Both the position numbers and the translations under genes were made by a program. From positions 2,944,001 through 3,008,000 of the forward strand of contig OZ244960.1 in assembly GCA_965222605.1 (NCBI GenBank): DNA of 64,000 nucleotides, given 5' to 3'. This document shows positions 1 to 9,644 of the stretch, piece after piece (the stretch's first letter is position 1; every line of letters starts with the position of its first letter). The notes under the pieces are model-generated. The model was not told the origin of the DNA. It saw only the letters and a list, made by a program, of their open reading frames with translations, and did not search any database. This DNA is from Candidatus Latescibacterota bacterium. GTDB taxonomy: Bacteria > Latescibacterota > UBA2968.

Positions 1-537
1 GATGGTCAATTTTTACCTGACCAATTCGAGAAGTGGCTTAAGAGAACAAAAGAAGCGTGTAATGAATCCGGACATCTTGAGGTCACTCTTATGCATATAG
101 GCAAAGTTCTCATTCACGCGCCACCTGATCCAGAAGGGTTGTGGATACATCAAACAGTCGCATCTGCGCTCAATGCAACGGATGAAGAGGAAATGAGGAA
201 TAGTTTCCGATCCGGAATGTACAACTCTCGCGGAGTTCACACAGTTGACCCGACGGGAAAACCCGAACGAGAGCTTGCCGAGGAATACAAACAAAAAGCC
301 GAAGAAGTTGAAAATGAGGGCTATCACCGCTTTGCTGTTACACTCCGGAAATTAGCAGAAGGATATGAGCGAGAAGCGGAAACATATATTGCTAAGTATG
401 ACGAGAAAGTGAGAAGGCTTCAGAACCAAAAATTGATTGAACGCGAAAGTGCCCGACGGTTGGCAAATCGCGGAGGGAGCGAGCCACAACTACAAGCTGT
501 CCCGCGCCGTCGGAGTGATCCCACTTACCAAATTTAA
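1..537 (+). CDS. C-terminal part of a large uncharacterised protein (5' end outside window), probable defence-island protein
   Basis: Frame 1 is open from base 1 (DGQFLPDQFEKWL...) to TAA at 535-537. The NSRGVH..DPTGKPERELAEEY..KAE..ENEGYHRFA tail resembles large hypothetical proteins seen in RM/defence loci. Confidence 0.7.
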   Translation, partial: DGQFLPDQFEKWLKRTKEACNESGHLEVTLMHIGKVLIHAPPDPEGLWIHQTVASALNATDEEEMRNSFRSGMYNSRGVHTVDPTGKPERELAEEYKQKAEEVENEGYHRFAVTLRKLAEGYEREAETYIAKYDEKVRRLQNQKLIERESARRLANRGGSEPQLQAVPRRRSDPTYQI

Positions 538-650
538 GGGCAAACTATGGTCCGCACTATCTCTTGCCCTCGCTTGATGAACGCAGCTTTTCGGTCACGC
601 ACTGGTCAGCAGAATTTCCTTTTTTATTCTCTAAAAAATTAGTTCTTTAG

Positions 651-2357
651 CCCGAAAAATTCATAAAAAAGGTAGTTTCCCTATTCAAGTTATTGTATTA
701 TATTAGGTTATACGCATAACCATTGAACAATGAACTTGGGAGAAACTACCGTGAGCACACAAGATAATCATTGCAAGGTTCCTTTGGCAAGCATTTTCGG
801 CAAACGTCTCAACCTCGCCTTTGATGGGGGTATTCTCACCAGCGATAGCGGAGCCTTATTGCTTCGAGAAGTGGAGGCCAAAACGGGTATTTTATCACGT
901 TTGAGTCGCGCGATTAAAGACCATCGGCATCAAAGTTATGTGGCGCATAGCACGGCAGAGTTGATCAAACAGCGCGTGTTTCAAATTGCCTGTGGGTATG
1001 AAGATGCCAATGATTGCAATGCCTTACGCAGCGATCCCGGCTTCAAGGTTGCCTGTGATCGCTTGCCCATAAGTGGTGAGAACTTGGCCAGTCAACCCAC
1101 GATGAGTCGGTTTGAGAATCAGATGAGCAGAAGCGATTTGTATCGCGTTGCTCGTGCCTTTGTCGATTGTTTTATTGCTTCGTATAAAAAGCCGCCTTCG
1201 TCGATCATCTTAGATATTGATGATACGCAGGATAGGGTTTATGGGACGCAGCAGTTGTCCTTATTCAATGGGTATTTGGGTGCCTACTCCTACCAGCCTT
1301 TGCATATTTATGAAGGGCAATCGGGCAAGCTAATCACGACGATTTTACGTCCGGGTGTGCGTCCTGATGGCAAACAGATTGTCACCATTCTCAAGCGGTT
1401 AGTCGCTTATATTCGTCAGGCTTGGCCAAAGGTGGCACTCTTTTTGCGAGGCGATGCCCACTTCTCAAGTCCAGAAGTCCAGGACTTTTGTGCGACAAAG
1501 GACCTCTTTTTTATCCTCGGACAAAGTGCCAATACCCGACTCTTAGCCCTTTCAAAGCCCCTGATGGATCAGACCAAAAGCCTTTATGCACAAACCGGCA
1601 AGCCCGTGCGACTTTTTACCTCATTTTATTACCAAGCCCAGACTTGGGCCTGTGCCAGACGCATCTTATGCAAAGCTGAAATCACCACCCGAGGCCAAAA
1701 CACACGCTTTGTCGTGACCAACCTTGAAAGTTCAAGGGCCTCCTTTATCTACCAAAATATCTATTGTGCGCGCGGACAGATGGAAAACTTCATTAAAAAT
1801 CACAAAACCTTTCTCCACTCAGACCGCACGTCCTGTCACGCTTTTGGAGCCAATCAGTTCCGCCTCTTCCTCCATTCGGCTGCCTATGTCTTGTTGCACA
1901 CCTTAGCGCACATCGGATTACAAGGCACAACGTGGATAAACGCACAGGTCAATACCCTCCAAAATCGTTTCCTTAAAGTCGCCGGACGCGTCTGTGAGTT
2001 GAAAACAAAGATCACCTTCCATCTGCCTATGTCATTTCCATTGCCACACCTTTTTGATAAAATCCTGTGCAATCTGGCAAAGGCGGTGCCATAACCCATC
2101 AACGGGGAAGGAATAGGGGTCTGTCCCATCACTTGCTGACTTTACAAATACACGGACTTATCCACAGACAGGACTGGCAAGGGACCGGTCTGTACTTTTG
2201 ACACTGGCAGAGCCTGTCAGGGGACGATTTGGGCTGCTTGAACTCTATGAAGACGCCTATGACGGCAGACAAGATAGAAAGCACCCTCATTTTGATGCTT
2301 GGAACCGATGCCGCCTGACAAACAACCCCAACCATTACAGTTCATGAATTAGTCGGG
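651..2357 (+). mobile_element. IS1380-family insertion sequence
   Basis: Imperfect terminal IRs CCCGAAAAATTCATAA (651-666) and TCATGAATTAGTCGGG (2342-2357), 13/16 match. Flanked by a TTAG direct repeat (647-650, 2358-2361). Encloses one DDE transposase. Confidence 0.9.
730..2094 (+). CDS. IS1380-family DDE transposase
   Basis: Motifs FDGG.LTSDSG, CGYEDANDC, LASQPTMSRFEN, LDIDDT, LRGDAHF, YCARGQMENFIK, ANQFRL. Confidence 0.95.
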   Translation: MNLGETTVSTQDNHCKVPLASIFGKRLNLAFDGGILTSDSGALLLREVEAKTGILSRLSRAIKDHRHQSYVAHSTAELIKQRVFQIACGYEDANDCNALRSDPGFKVACDRLPISGENLASQPTMSRFENQMSRSDLYRVARAFVDCFIASYKKPPSSIILDIDDTQDRVYGTQQLSLFNGYLGAYSYQPLHIYEGQSGKLITTILRPGVRPDGKQIVTILKRLVAYIRQAWPKVALFLRGDAHFSSPEVQDFCATKDLFFILGQSANTRLLALSKPLMDQTKSLYAQTGKPVRLFTSFYYQAQTWACARRILCKAEITTRGQNTRFVVTNLESSRASFIYQNIYCARGQMENFIKNHKTFLHSDRTSCHAFGANQFRLFLHSAAYVLLHTLAHIGLQGTTWINAQVNTLQNRFLKVAGRVCELKTKITFHLPMSFPLPHLFDKILCNLAKAVP

Positions 2358-2565
2358 TTAGGTTCAGGAGCAATTTTTTGTCGCAATTAGAAAAAGACTT
2401 TCAGGGAGTTGCGCTTTTGCAGGTATATGACAGGATCGCTGATATATTTATGGAGCAGGTCATACCAGTTGATCTTCAAATTGAGAAACTCTATCAGTCA
2501 AATGAACAACTCATCCAGGCCCGTGACCTGCTCCTACCGCGTTTGATAAGTGGAGGGGTGGCGGT

Positions 2566-3327
2566 GTGAGCGTATCCTATCCAACTAAAATCCTCTTGGC
2601 CTACCGAAGTGGCGACAGATGTGCTTTGCCCGATTGTGGACGAAATTTGTCGCCAGAGAGTGAAAGCGGCGATCCTATCAACGTGGGAGAGGCTGCACAT
2701 ATCGCTGGTGAAAATCCTGGATCAGCTCGTTATGATGAAAATATGACCCCTGAAAATAGAAACCATTATAACAACCTCATCTATCTATGCGGAACCTGCC
2801 ACACCATCATTGACGCCATACCGCAAGGCGAGAACGACTACCCCGTAGAACGCCTCCACAAGATCAAGAATGAGCACGAGCAAAAGGTCCGTGATGCAAT
2901 AGCCGATGCATTCGTAGATGTTGGATTCCCAGAATTGGAAGAAGCCACTCTATGGATCATGCAAGTTAATCTACAACAGACTGACCCTGACAATGACTTT
3001 TCGGTAATTGCGCCCGAGGACAAAATAAATAAGAACGCATTAGAAAACAGCTCTCGAATGATCATCACAATGGGCCTCAGTGTTTCGCGTGAGGTTCGAG
3101 TGTTTATTGAAAGCGTGGCGCAGACGGATCAAGATTTTCCAGAACGCCTGAAGTTGGGATTTCTACAAGAGTACTATCGGCTGAGGCAAGATGGGCATTC
3201 GGGAGACGTTCTTTTCGATTTAATGTGTAGATTTGCACAGCGAGGCTTCACGGAGCAAGCTAAGCGGTCCGCCGGATTAGCGGTACTGGTTTACCTGTTT
3301 GAGACCTGCGAGGTATTCGAGAAATGA
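2566..3327 (+). CDS. lmuA: Lamassu/ABC-3C effector: HNH endonuclease with ABC-3C C-terminal domain
   Basis: SGDRCALPDC...GEAAHI...RYD...NNLIYLCGTCHTIID (Zn-HNH). C-terminus LVYLFETCEVFEK is typical of ABC-3C CTDs. Overlaps the next gene (ATGA). Confidence 0.85.
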   Translation: MSVSYPTKILLAYRSGDRCALPDCGRNLSPESESGDPINVGEAAHIAGENPGSARYDENMTPENRNHYNNLIYLCGTCHTIIDAIPQGENDYPVERLHKIKNEHEQKVRDAIADAFVDVGFPELEEATLWIMQVNLQQTDPDNDFSVIAPEDKINKNALENSSRMIITMGLSVSREVRVFIESVAQTDQDFPERLKLGFLQEYYRLRQDGHSGDVLFDLMCRFAQRGFTEQAKRSAGLAVLVYLFETCEVFEK

Positions 3328-3551
3328 TCCTTCCATCAAAGCATATTTCCCAAGACCAAGCTCTAATCGGTATTGGTGCCATCCTGCTCAAAGAGATTGA
3401 CCAGCCACAGACGGTGACCAGCCTGTGGGAGACTGTCCGCGAGGAAGACGCCATAGGCACTTTCGAACGGTTTGTGCTGGCACTTGACATGCTTCACATC
3501 ATCGGTGCTACAAATCTGGAAAACGGTCTGATTGTGAGGATGAAGCAATGA
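3324..3551 (+). CDS. lmuC: Lamassu/ABC-3C middle component
   Basis: 75 aa, MILPSKHI....ALIGIGA.LL...TVTSLW....FERFVLALDML..IG; translationally coupled to both neighbours. Confidence 0.85.
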   Translation: MILPSKHISQDQALIGIGAILLKEIDQPQTVTSLWETVREEDAIGTFERFVLALDMLHIIGATNLENGLIVRMKQ

Positions 3552-5308
3552 TTCATCGAATTACGGCCAACAAATCTTCATTTCATCCAGTGGAATTTAC
3601 ACCGGGACTGAATGTCGTTTTAGCAGACCGCACGGAAACATCCACCCAAAAAGACACGCGAAACGGTCTGGGTAAATCTACTCTAATTGACATCATTGAC
3701 TTTTGTCTGGGTTCCAACGTTAGCACGGGGCAGGGCCTCTCTATAGAGCCATTACAAGATTGGGAATTTACATTGGAAATTACGCTTGCGGGCAACCACG
3801 TGAAAGTAACTCGTGCTATTAAAAGTCCGAACTGGCTGAATATAGAAGGCTCGACGCTTGGCTGGGTTGAACAACCTGATAGTGTCGATCTCTTTGGAGG
3901 AAGTAGATTCAAATTAGACCGCTGGAAGGCACTCTTGGGGCGGGCTTTATTTGGCTTACACCCGAGCGATGACACCAAGCACAAGCCTTCTTTCCGTAGT
4001 CTGGTTGCATATTTCATAAGACGCGGTGCCGACGCTTACCTTGACCCATTCAGTCATACCCGTCATCAACTGACATGGGACAAGCAACTTCACATCGCGT
4101 TTCTACTTGGCATGAATTGGGAGAATGCGTCTAAATGGCAAGCACTGAAAGGCCAGGAAAAAGGTATTAAAACAATTAATGACGCGATTGAGTCCGGTGC
4201 TATGGAAGGCGCAAGGGGTTCAGTTGGCGAGTTAGAGGCGGAATGCGTTCAATTGGAAAGTCAACTACAACGTGAATCAGATGCCTTAGAAGGATTCAAA
4301 GTACACCCGCAGTACGAAACCATTCAGAACGATGCCGATAGGATCACCGAAACCATTCACAATTTGACCAACCAGAACATTGTCGATCAAAGAAGATTGT
4401 CGCGATACAAAGAGTCAGTCGAAGCAGAGACACCGCCTTCTAACACAGCCATTGACAATATCTACGAAGAAACCGGTGTGACTTTTCCCAACTCAGTTCG
4501 TCGTACGCTTACCGAAGCCAAAGAGTTTCATTCGAAAATTATCGAGAACAGACGAGCCTTTCTCGAAACGGAAATCAGACGCATAGAACGTAAAATCAGA
4601 CTTCAAAATGAAGAAATCAGACGACAAACTGATGAGAGGGCTGACTTGCTTAGCATCCTTGAAACACACGGAGCACTGCAAGAACTGGCTAAACTCCAAG
4701 AACGCATCATTGAAATACGCGGCAATCTAAAACAGAAACGTATCCGGCTCGAAGAAATAAAGGATAGAATCTCGAGGAAACGCAACATAAATATAGCGAA
4801 AGTGGAACTGACTAAGATTGCTGAGCAAGATCATGAAGAACGCAGAGATATTTGGAGCGTTCCACTGCGTCTCTTCAACGACAATTCTCAGGCACTTTAC
4901 GAGACGCCTGGACACCTGGTGATTAATATTGATGAAACAGGGTTCAAGTACAATGTCGAGATAAACAAGAGTGGTAGCGAGGGCATAGAGAAGATGAAAA
5001 TTTTCTGCTTCGATTTGATGCTATTACAAATCATGTCAAAGCAGAATAACAGACTCAATTTCTTGATTCATGACAGTATCCTCTATGACGGTGTTGACTC
5101 CAGGCAACGAGCACTTGCGCTTGAGCAGGCGAGCAAGGTATCAAGAGCAAATAATGCACAGTACATTTGCACCCTAAATTCCGATATGGTTCCGCGAGAG
5201 GACTTCAGCGAGGACTTTAACTTCGATGAGCATGTTCGGCTGACTCTCACCGACGAGGCCCCCTCTAAAAGTCTGTTGGGTTTTTATTTTGATCGACCAC
5301 CCAAATGA
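3548..5308 (+). CDS. lmuB: Lamassu SMC-like ABC ATPase (DUF2326 type)
   Basis: Walker A RNGLGKST, long central coiled coil, signature SGSEG, Walker B/D-loop FLIHDS.LYDGVDSRQ, QYICTLN. Confidence 0.9.
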   Translation: MIHRITANKSSFHPVEFTPGLNVVLADRTETSTQKDTRNGLGKSTLIDIIDFCLGSNVSTGQGLSIEPLQDWEFTLEITLAGNHVKVTRAIKSPNWLNIEGSTLGWVEQPDSVDLFGGSRFKLDRWKALLGRALFGLHPSDDTKHKPSFRSLVAYFIRRGADAYLDPFSHTRHQLTWDKQLHIAFLLGMNWENASKWQALKGQEKGIKTINDAIESGAMEGARGSVGELEAECVQLESQLQRESDALEGFKVHPQYETIQNDADRITETIHNLTNQNIVDQRRLSRYKESVEAETPPSNTAIDNIYEETGVTFPNSVRRTLTEAKEFHSKIIENRRAFLETEIRRIERKIRLQNEEIRRQTDERADLLSILETHGALQELAKLQERIIEIRGNLKQKRIRLEEIKDRISRKRNINIAKVELTKIAEQDHEERRDIWSVPLRLFNDNSQALYETPGHLVINIDETGFKYNVEINKSGSEGIEKMKIFCFDLMLLQIMSKQNNRLNFLIHDSILYDGVDSRQRALALEQASKVSRANNAQYICTLNSDMVPREDFSEDFNFDEHVRLTLTDEAPSKSLLGFYFDRPPK

Positions 5309-6087
5309 CACAGAAGATACAAAAGACTTTATTCCTTGCATGGCAGTACAAAACAAGGGAGGACCGACCCTGGTTTCCATTGGGCAGACTGGACATTGAA
5401 CCGTCGCTTTATCGCTTCCGCTATACGGGCGGGGCTGTGCGAGCACAGCAAGAGTTGAATTATCCTCCCATCTTGAGCTTTCCTCAACTGCATAGAGATT
5501 ACCGATCCTCAGTACTATTTTACCTGTTCCAGAATCGGGTTATGAAGCCGAACAGACCGGACTTCGCCGATCATGTTCAGCGACTCGGTCTGCCTGAAAG
5601 TGCCGATGATTTCCATATGCTATCGGTAAGCGGTGGCTATCGAGTAACCGACGATTACGAGGTCTTTCCAAAACTGGTCAAAGCCGACGATGGAAGTTTT
5701 GTCTGTCGGTTTTTCCTGCACGGATGGCGATACACAAGCCTCCCCGCGCAAGAACGGCTGAATGCTCTAAAGCCAAGAGAAGAACTTTATATAGCACTGG
5801 AACTTGCCAATCCAGTGACTGGTCTGGCCGTGCAACTCCAGACAATGGACTACCACATGATTGGCTGGACCCCGCGTTATATCGTTTCCGAGATGGCGAG
5901 GGCAATGGCCGAATCGCCCGGTGGAGAGGTGTACAACTGCGGCAGCAGTTCGTACGCGGCACATGTGGTGCGGGTCAATCCCGTACCGTCTCCGATGACA
6001 CAGCGTGTTTTGATTGAGATGCGCGGTCGCTGGGACGGGTATGAACCGATGGAGAGCGAGGATTTCCAACCTCTAATTGGTGATTGA
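5305..6087 (+). CDS. HipA N-terminal-like plus HIRAN domain protein
   Basis: LFLAWQ...WFPLGRL...YRFRY...LF..FQNRVM...RPDF followed by a HIRAN-like FFLHGWRY...LELANP...AVQL...IGW.PRY. Start overlaps the lmuB stop. Confidence 0.7.
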   Translation: MTQKIQKTLFLAWQYKTREDRPWFPLGRLDIEPSLYRFRYTGGAVRAQQELNYPPILSFPQLHRDYRSSVLFYLFQNRVMKPNRPDFADHVQRLGLPESADDFHMLSVSGGYRVTDDYEVFPKLVKADDGSFVCRFFLHGWRYTSLPAQERLNALKPREELYIALELANPVTGLAVQLQTMDYHMIGWTPRYIVSEMARAMAESPGGEVYNCGSSSYAAHVVRVNPVPSPMTQRVLIEMRGRWDGYEPMESEDFQPLIGD

Positions 6088-6112
6088 CCGTTTATTACAA
6101 GTATTGATTTTA

Positions 6113-6174
6113 CTGGATCGCGGCTAAAACCATGCCGCGATGACACACGGGACGGCACGGGGACCGTCCCCTAC
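6113..6174. repeat. Paired palindromic intergenic repeats (CTGGA..TGAC type plus GTAG-type REP)
   Basis: CTGGATCGCGGC-N9-GCCGCGATGAC at 6113-6144 and the reverse of GTAGGGGACGGTCCCCGTGCCGTCCC at 6149-6174; both recur elsewhere in the window. Confidence 0.8.
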
Positions 6175-6195
6175 AACACCTATAGACTGCGACTG

Positions 6196-6290
6196 ATCGC
6201 ACAAGTTACCGCATAAGTCACCGCACAAGTTGGGGACCAGGTCGGGATCAAAGCCAGAGTCACAGCCAGAGTCACAGCCAGAGTCACAGC
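6196..6290 (+). repeat. 12-bp tandem repeats (xAQV/GDQV and PESQ-coding units)
   Basis: ATCGCACAAGTT ACCGCATAAGTC ACCGCACAAGTT GGGGACCAGGTC, then (AGCCAGAGTCAC)x3. Confidence 0.8.
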
Positions 6291-6312
6291 ACAGATTGGT
6301 AGCGCTACCAGA

Positions 6313-9300
6313 ATGAATTCAACCCCCTACACCGAAGACACCCTCGTTCAACAGACCACAGCCGAGTTCCTCGAACAACAACTCGGCTGGGAATCCGTCT
6401 ATGCCTACAACAGCGAGGACTTCGGACCAGATAGCCTGCTCGGTCGCACCTCTGACCGCGAAGTAGTGCTCACGCGCTATCTACTCACCGCGCTACGAAC
6501 TCTGAACCCCGGCCTGCCCGAAGACGCCTACAACGACGCGATCCGGCAAATTACATCCACCACCGCTTCGCAAAGCATCGTCGCCACCAACCGCGAAAAG
6601 TACGACCTCATCCGCGACGGCGTACCTGTCACATTCCACAACGCCAATGGTAAGCGAGAGAGGAAACACCTCCGAGTCTTTGATTTTAAAACACCTGAAA
6701 ACAACCACTTCCTCTGCGTGCGCGAATTGCGAATAAAGGGCGACCTCTACCGCAAACGGGCAGACATCATCGGCTTCGTCAACGGCCTGCCCCTCCTCTT
6801 CATCGAATGCAAAAACATCCACCGAGACCTCAAAGCCGCCTACAACGACAACTACTCGGACTATCGCTATACCATCCCCCACATCTTCCACCACAACGCC
6901 ATCGTCATGTTTGGCAACGGCGAAAAAGCAAAACTCGGCTCCATCACCAGCGAGTGGGATCACTTCCACGAATGGAAACGCCTATCCGAAGAAGAACCCG
7001 GCGTCGTCGATATGGAAACCCTCCTCAAGGGCGTCTGCAACAAACGCGACTTCATGGACATCATAGAAAACTTCATCCTCTTCGATGACACATCGGGCGA
7101 AACAAAGAAAATCCTCGCACGCAACCACCAGTTCCTCGGCGTAAACCGCGCAATTGAAGCCGTGCGCGACCACAAAGCACGCCAGGGCAAACTGGGCGTC
7201 TTCTGGCACACACAGGGCGCCGGTAAAAGCTACTCAATGGTACTCTTCACCCGCAAAGTACACCGCAAACTCGGCGGCAACTTCACCTTCCTCATCCTGA
7301 CCGACCGCACGGACCTGGACACGCAAATCTACAAAACCTTCGCCGGTTGCGGCGTCGTAGATCACGACCGAGACCCCTGCCGCCCAGCAGACGGGCCACA
7401 CCTGAACCAGCTATTGACCGAACACAAATCGCACATCTTCTCCCTCATCCAGAAATTCAACCAGGACATAGACACCAACAAAGGCTACACCCAGCGCGAC
7501 GACATCATCGTCATCACCGACGAAGCGCACCGCACACAATACGGCGAGTTAGCAGCCAACATGCGCGCCGCCCTGCCCAACGCAGCCTACATGGGCTTCA
7601 CCGGCACACCGCTATTCAAAGACGACGAAATCACGCGCCGCGTCTTCGGCGAATACGTCTCCACCTACGACTTCCAGCGGGCAGTAGAAGACAATGCCAC
7701 GCTACCCCTCTACTACGACGCGCGCGGCGACAAACTCGGCGTAGCTGTCGATAATTTGAACGAACGCATCGCCGAAAAATTGGAAGAATCCGAAATTAGC
7801 GACATCAACGAAGAACAACTCCTCGAGCGAGAACTCAAACGCGCCTACCACATTATCACCGCGGGCAAACGCCTCGACCAACTGGCGCGGGACTTCACGC
7901 GACACTACTCGGCCGCATGGGAAACCGGCAAAGCCATGCTGGTCTGCATTGACAAAATAACCTGCGTGCGAATGCACAGATTGATTGAGTTCTACTGGCA
8001 GGAACACATCGGGAAACTGGAAACCAGGCTATCGCAGACAACGGACGAAGAGGAAAGAACAGACCTGCAGCGGAAGATCAACTGGATGTGCGAGACCCGC
8101 GTAGCAGTGGTAATCAGCGAAGAACAGGGCGAAATCGAAAAATTCAACAAATGGGACCTGGACATCATCCCGCACCGCAAACTCATCAAAGAAGGCATAG
8201 ACTTGCCAGAAACCATGAGAGACAAACCGCAGTACCGCAACATGCAACGCATGGAACTGGACGAAGCCTTCAAAGCCGAGGAACACCCATTCCGCATCGC
8301 CATCGTCTGCGCCATGTGGCTAACGGGTTTCGATGTCCCGTGCCTTTCAACACTCTACCTCGACAAACCACTCAGAGCACACACCCTGATGCAGGCCATT
8401 GCCCGCGCCAACCGCGTGAAAGAAAACAAAAACAACGGCCTGATCGTAGATTACTGCGGCGTCCTCGTACACCTGCGCCAGGCACTCGCGACCTTCGCCG
8501 GCACGCGACCAGACGGAGATAGCGAAAACATCGACCCCGCAAGACCCGACGAAGAACTGCTGGCCGACCTCGCCGAAGCCATCGCCCTGGTGCGGAATTT
8601 CCTCAATAAGCGCAACACACCACTGGACGACATCACCAAAAAAACGAGCTTCCAGCGCAACGCAGCTATCATAGCCTGCAAAGAAGCCGCCAACGAAAAC
8701 GACGAAACCCGCAAACGCTTCGAGGTCATGTGCCGCGAAGTATTCAAAAAATTCAAAGCATGCGTCAACGTGAAAAACATCAACACGTATCGCGAAGACC
8801 GCAACGCCATTGACATCGTGTACAAAAGCCTCCAGCAAGACCGCAACCAGGCCGACATCTCAGAAATCATAAGGGAATTACAGCGGGTAGTAGATGCGGC
8901 CATTGAGCCGACAGCCAGTAATGTGGCTGAAAACCCGCATCCTGATGAAGATCGGCGTCCTTACGACATCAGCCAGATAGACTTCGACCATCTGAAGCGA
9001 GAATTCGCGCGCGTCAAAGAAAAAAACACCACCGTTCAGAACCTCAGACAAGCTGTAGAACAAAAATTGCAACGCCTCCTGAAGCAAAATCCATTACGCA
9101 CGGACTTTCAGCACTACTACGAAGAAATCGTCGCAGCGTACAACCGCGAAAAGGACCAGATAACAATAGAGCGAACCTTTGAGGCATTGCTCAAACTGGT
9201 GCAGGAATTGGATGAAGAAGAAAACCGAGCAATTCGTGAAGGACTTGACGAAGAATCCCTCGCAATCTTCGATCTGTTAAAAAAACCCAACCTGAGCGCG

Positions 9301-9567
9301 AGCGAAATCGCACAAATCAAGAAGATAGCGAAAGATCTGCTAAAAAAACTGAAAGTTAGTAAACTGGGTGTCCACCAATGGCGCGAAAAAGAAGCGACCC
9401 GGGACGCCGTGTGGTCTTCCATTAATGACTTTCTCTACAACGACCAAACCGGCCTGCCTGAAAGATACACACTTGAGGACATAGAAACAAAAACCGAAGC
9501 CGTCTTCCACCACATCTTCCGGGCCTACCCCAAATTGCCATCGCCATATTACGAAAGTGCGGCTTGA
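6313..9567 (+). CDS. hsdR: Type I restriction endonuclease subunit R
   Basis: Nuclease RADIIGFVNGLPLLFIECK, Walker A WHTQGAGKS, DEAHRTQYG, FTGTP, MWLTGFDVP, MQAIARANR; 1084 aa. Confidence 0.97.
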   Translation: MNSTPYTEDTLVQQTTAEFLEQQLGWESVYAYNSEDFGPDSLLGRTSDREVVLTRYLLTALRTLNPGLPEDAYNDAIRQITSTTASQSIVATNREKYDLIRDGVPVTFHNANGKRERKHLRVFDFKTPENNHFLCVRELRIKGDLYRKRADIIGFVNGLPLLFIECKNIHRDLKAAYNDNYSDYRYTIPHIFHHNAIVMFGNGEKAKLGSITSEWDHFHEWKRLSEEEPGVVDMETLLKGVCNKRDFMDIIENFILFDDTSGETKKILARNHQFLGVNRAIEAVRDHKARQGKLGVFWHTQGAGKSYSMVLFTRKVHRKLGGNFTFLILTDRTDLDTQIYKTFAGCGVVDHDRDPCRPADGPHLNQLLTEHKSHIFSLIQKFNQDIDTNKGYTQRDDIIVITDEAHRTQYGELAANMRAALPNAAYMGFTGTPLFKDDEITRRVFGEYVSTYDFQRAVEDNATLPLYYDARGDKLGVAVDNLNERIAEKLEESEISDINEEQLLERELKRAYHIITAGKRLDQLARDFTRHYSAAWETGKAMLVCIDKITCVRMHRLIEFYWQEHIGKLETRLSQTTDEEERTDLQRKINWMCETRVAVVISEEQGEIEKFNKWDLDIIPHRKLIKEGIDLPETMRDKPQYRNMQRMELDEAFKAEEHPFRIAIVCAMWLTGFDVPCLSTLYLDKPLRAHTLMQAIARANRVKENKNNGLIVDYCGVLVHLRQALATFAGTRPDGDSENIDPARPDEELLADLAEAIALVRNFLNKRNTPLDDITKKTSFQRNAAIIACKEAANENDETRKRFEVMCREVFKKFKACVNVKNINTYREDRNAIDIVYKSLQQDRNQADISEIIRELQRVVDAAIEPTASNVAENPHPDEDRRPYDISQIDFDHLKREFARVKEKNTTVQNLRQAVEQKLQRLLKQNPLRTDFQHYYEEIVAAYNREKDQITIERTFEALLKLVQELDEEENRAIREGLDEESLAIFDLLKKPNLSASEIAQIKKIAKDLLKKLKVSKLGVHQWREKEATRDAVWSSINDFLYNDQTGLPERYTLEDIETKTEAVFHHIFRAYPKLPSPYYESAA

Positions 9568-9644
9568 AGTCTGCCCATATAGATATGCAGGGGTAGCGCG
9601 ATTTCGCATGATTCGCTACATTTGTCCATAAAGAGGCAACAACC

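Larger units (their letters stand above)
583..2569 (+). pseudogene. hsdS: Type I RM specificity subunit remnant, interrupted by IS1380
   Basis: Left of the IS: AAFRSRTGQQNFLFYSLKN*FF. Right of the IS: GSGAIF, then a frameshift, then KDFQGV...LIQARDLLLPRLISGGVAV, the canonical HsdS C-terminus. Contains a stop and frameshifts; no N-terminus. Confidence 0.8.

Noticed and set aside
2095-2357. Non-coding 3' region of IS1380 as a guide-type ncRNA
   Set aside because: No convincing structure or target complementarity was seen, and it lies within the IS ends as an ordinary 3' segment
6196-6290. Possible CRISPR or mini-array
   Set aside because: Units are contiguous 12-mers without unique spacers, and there are no cas genes
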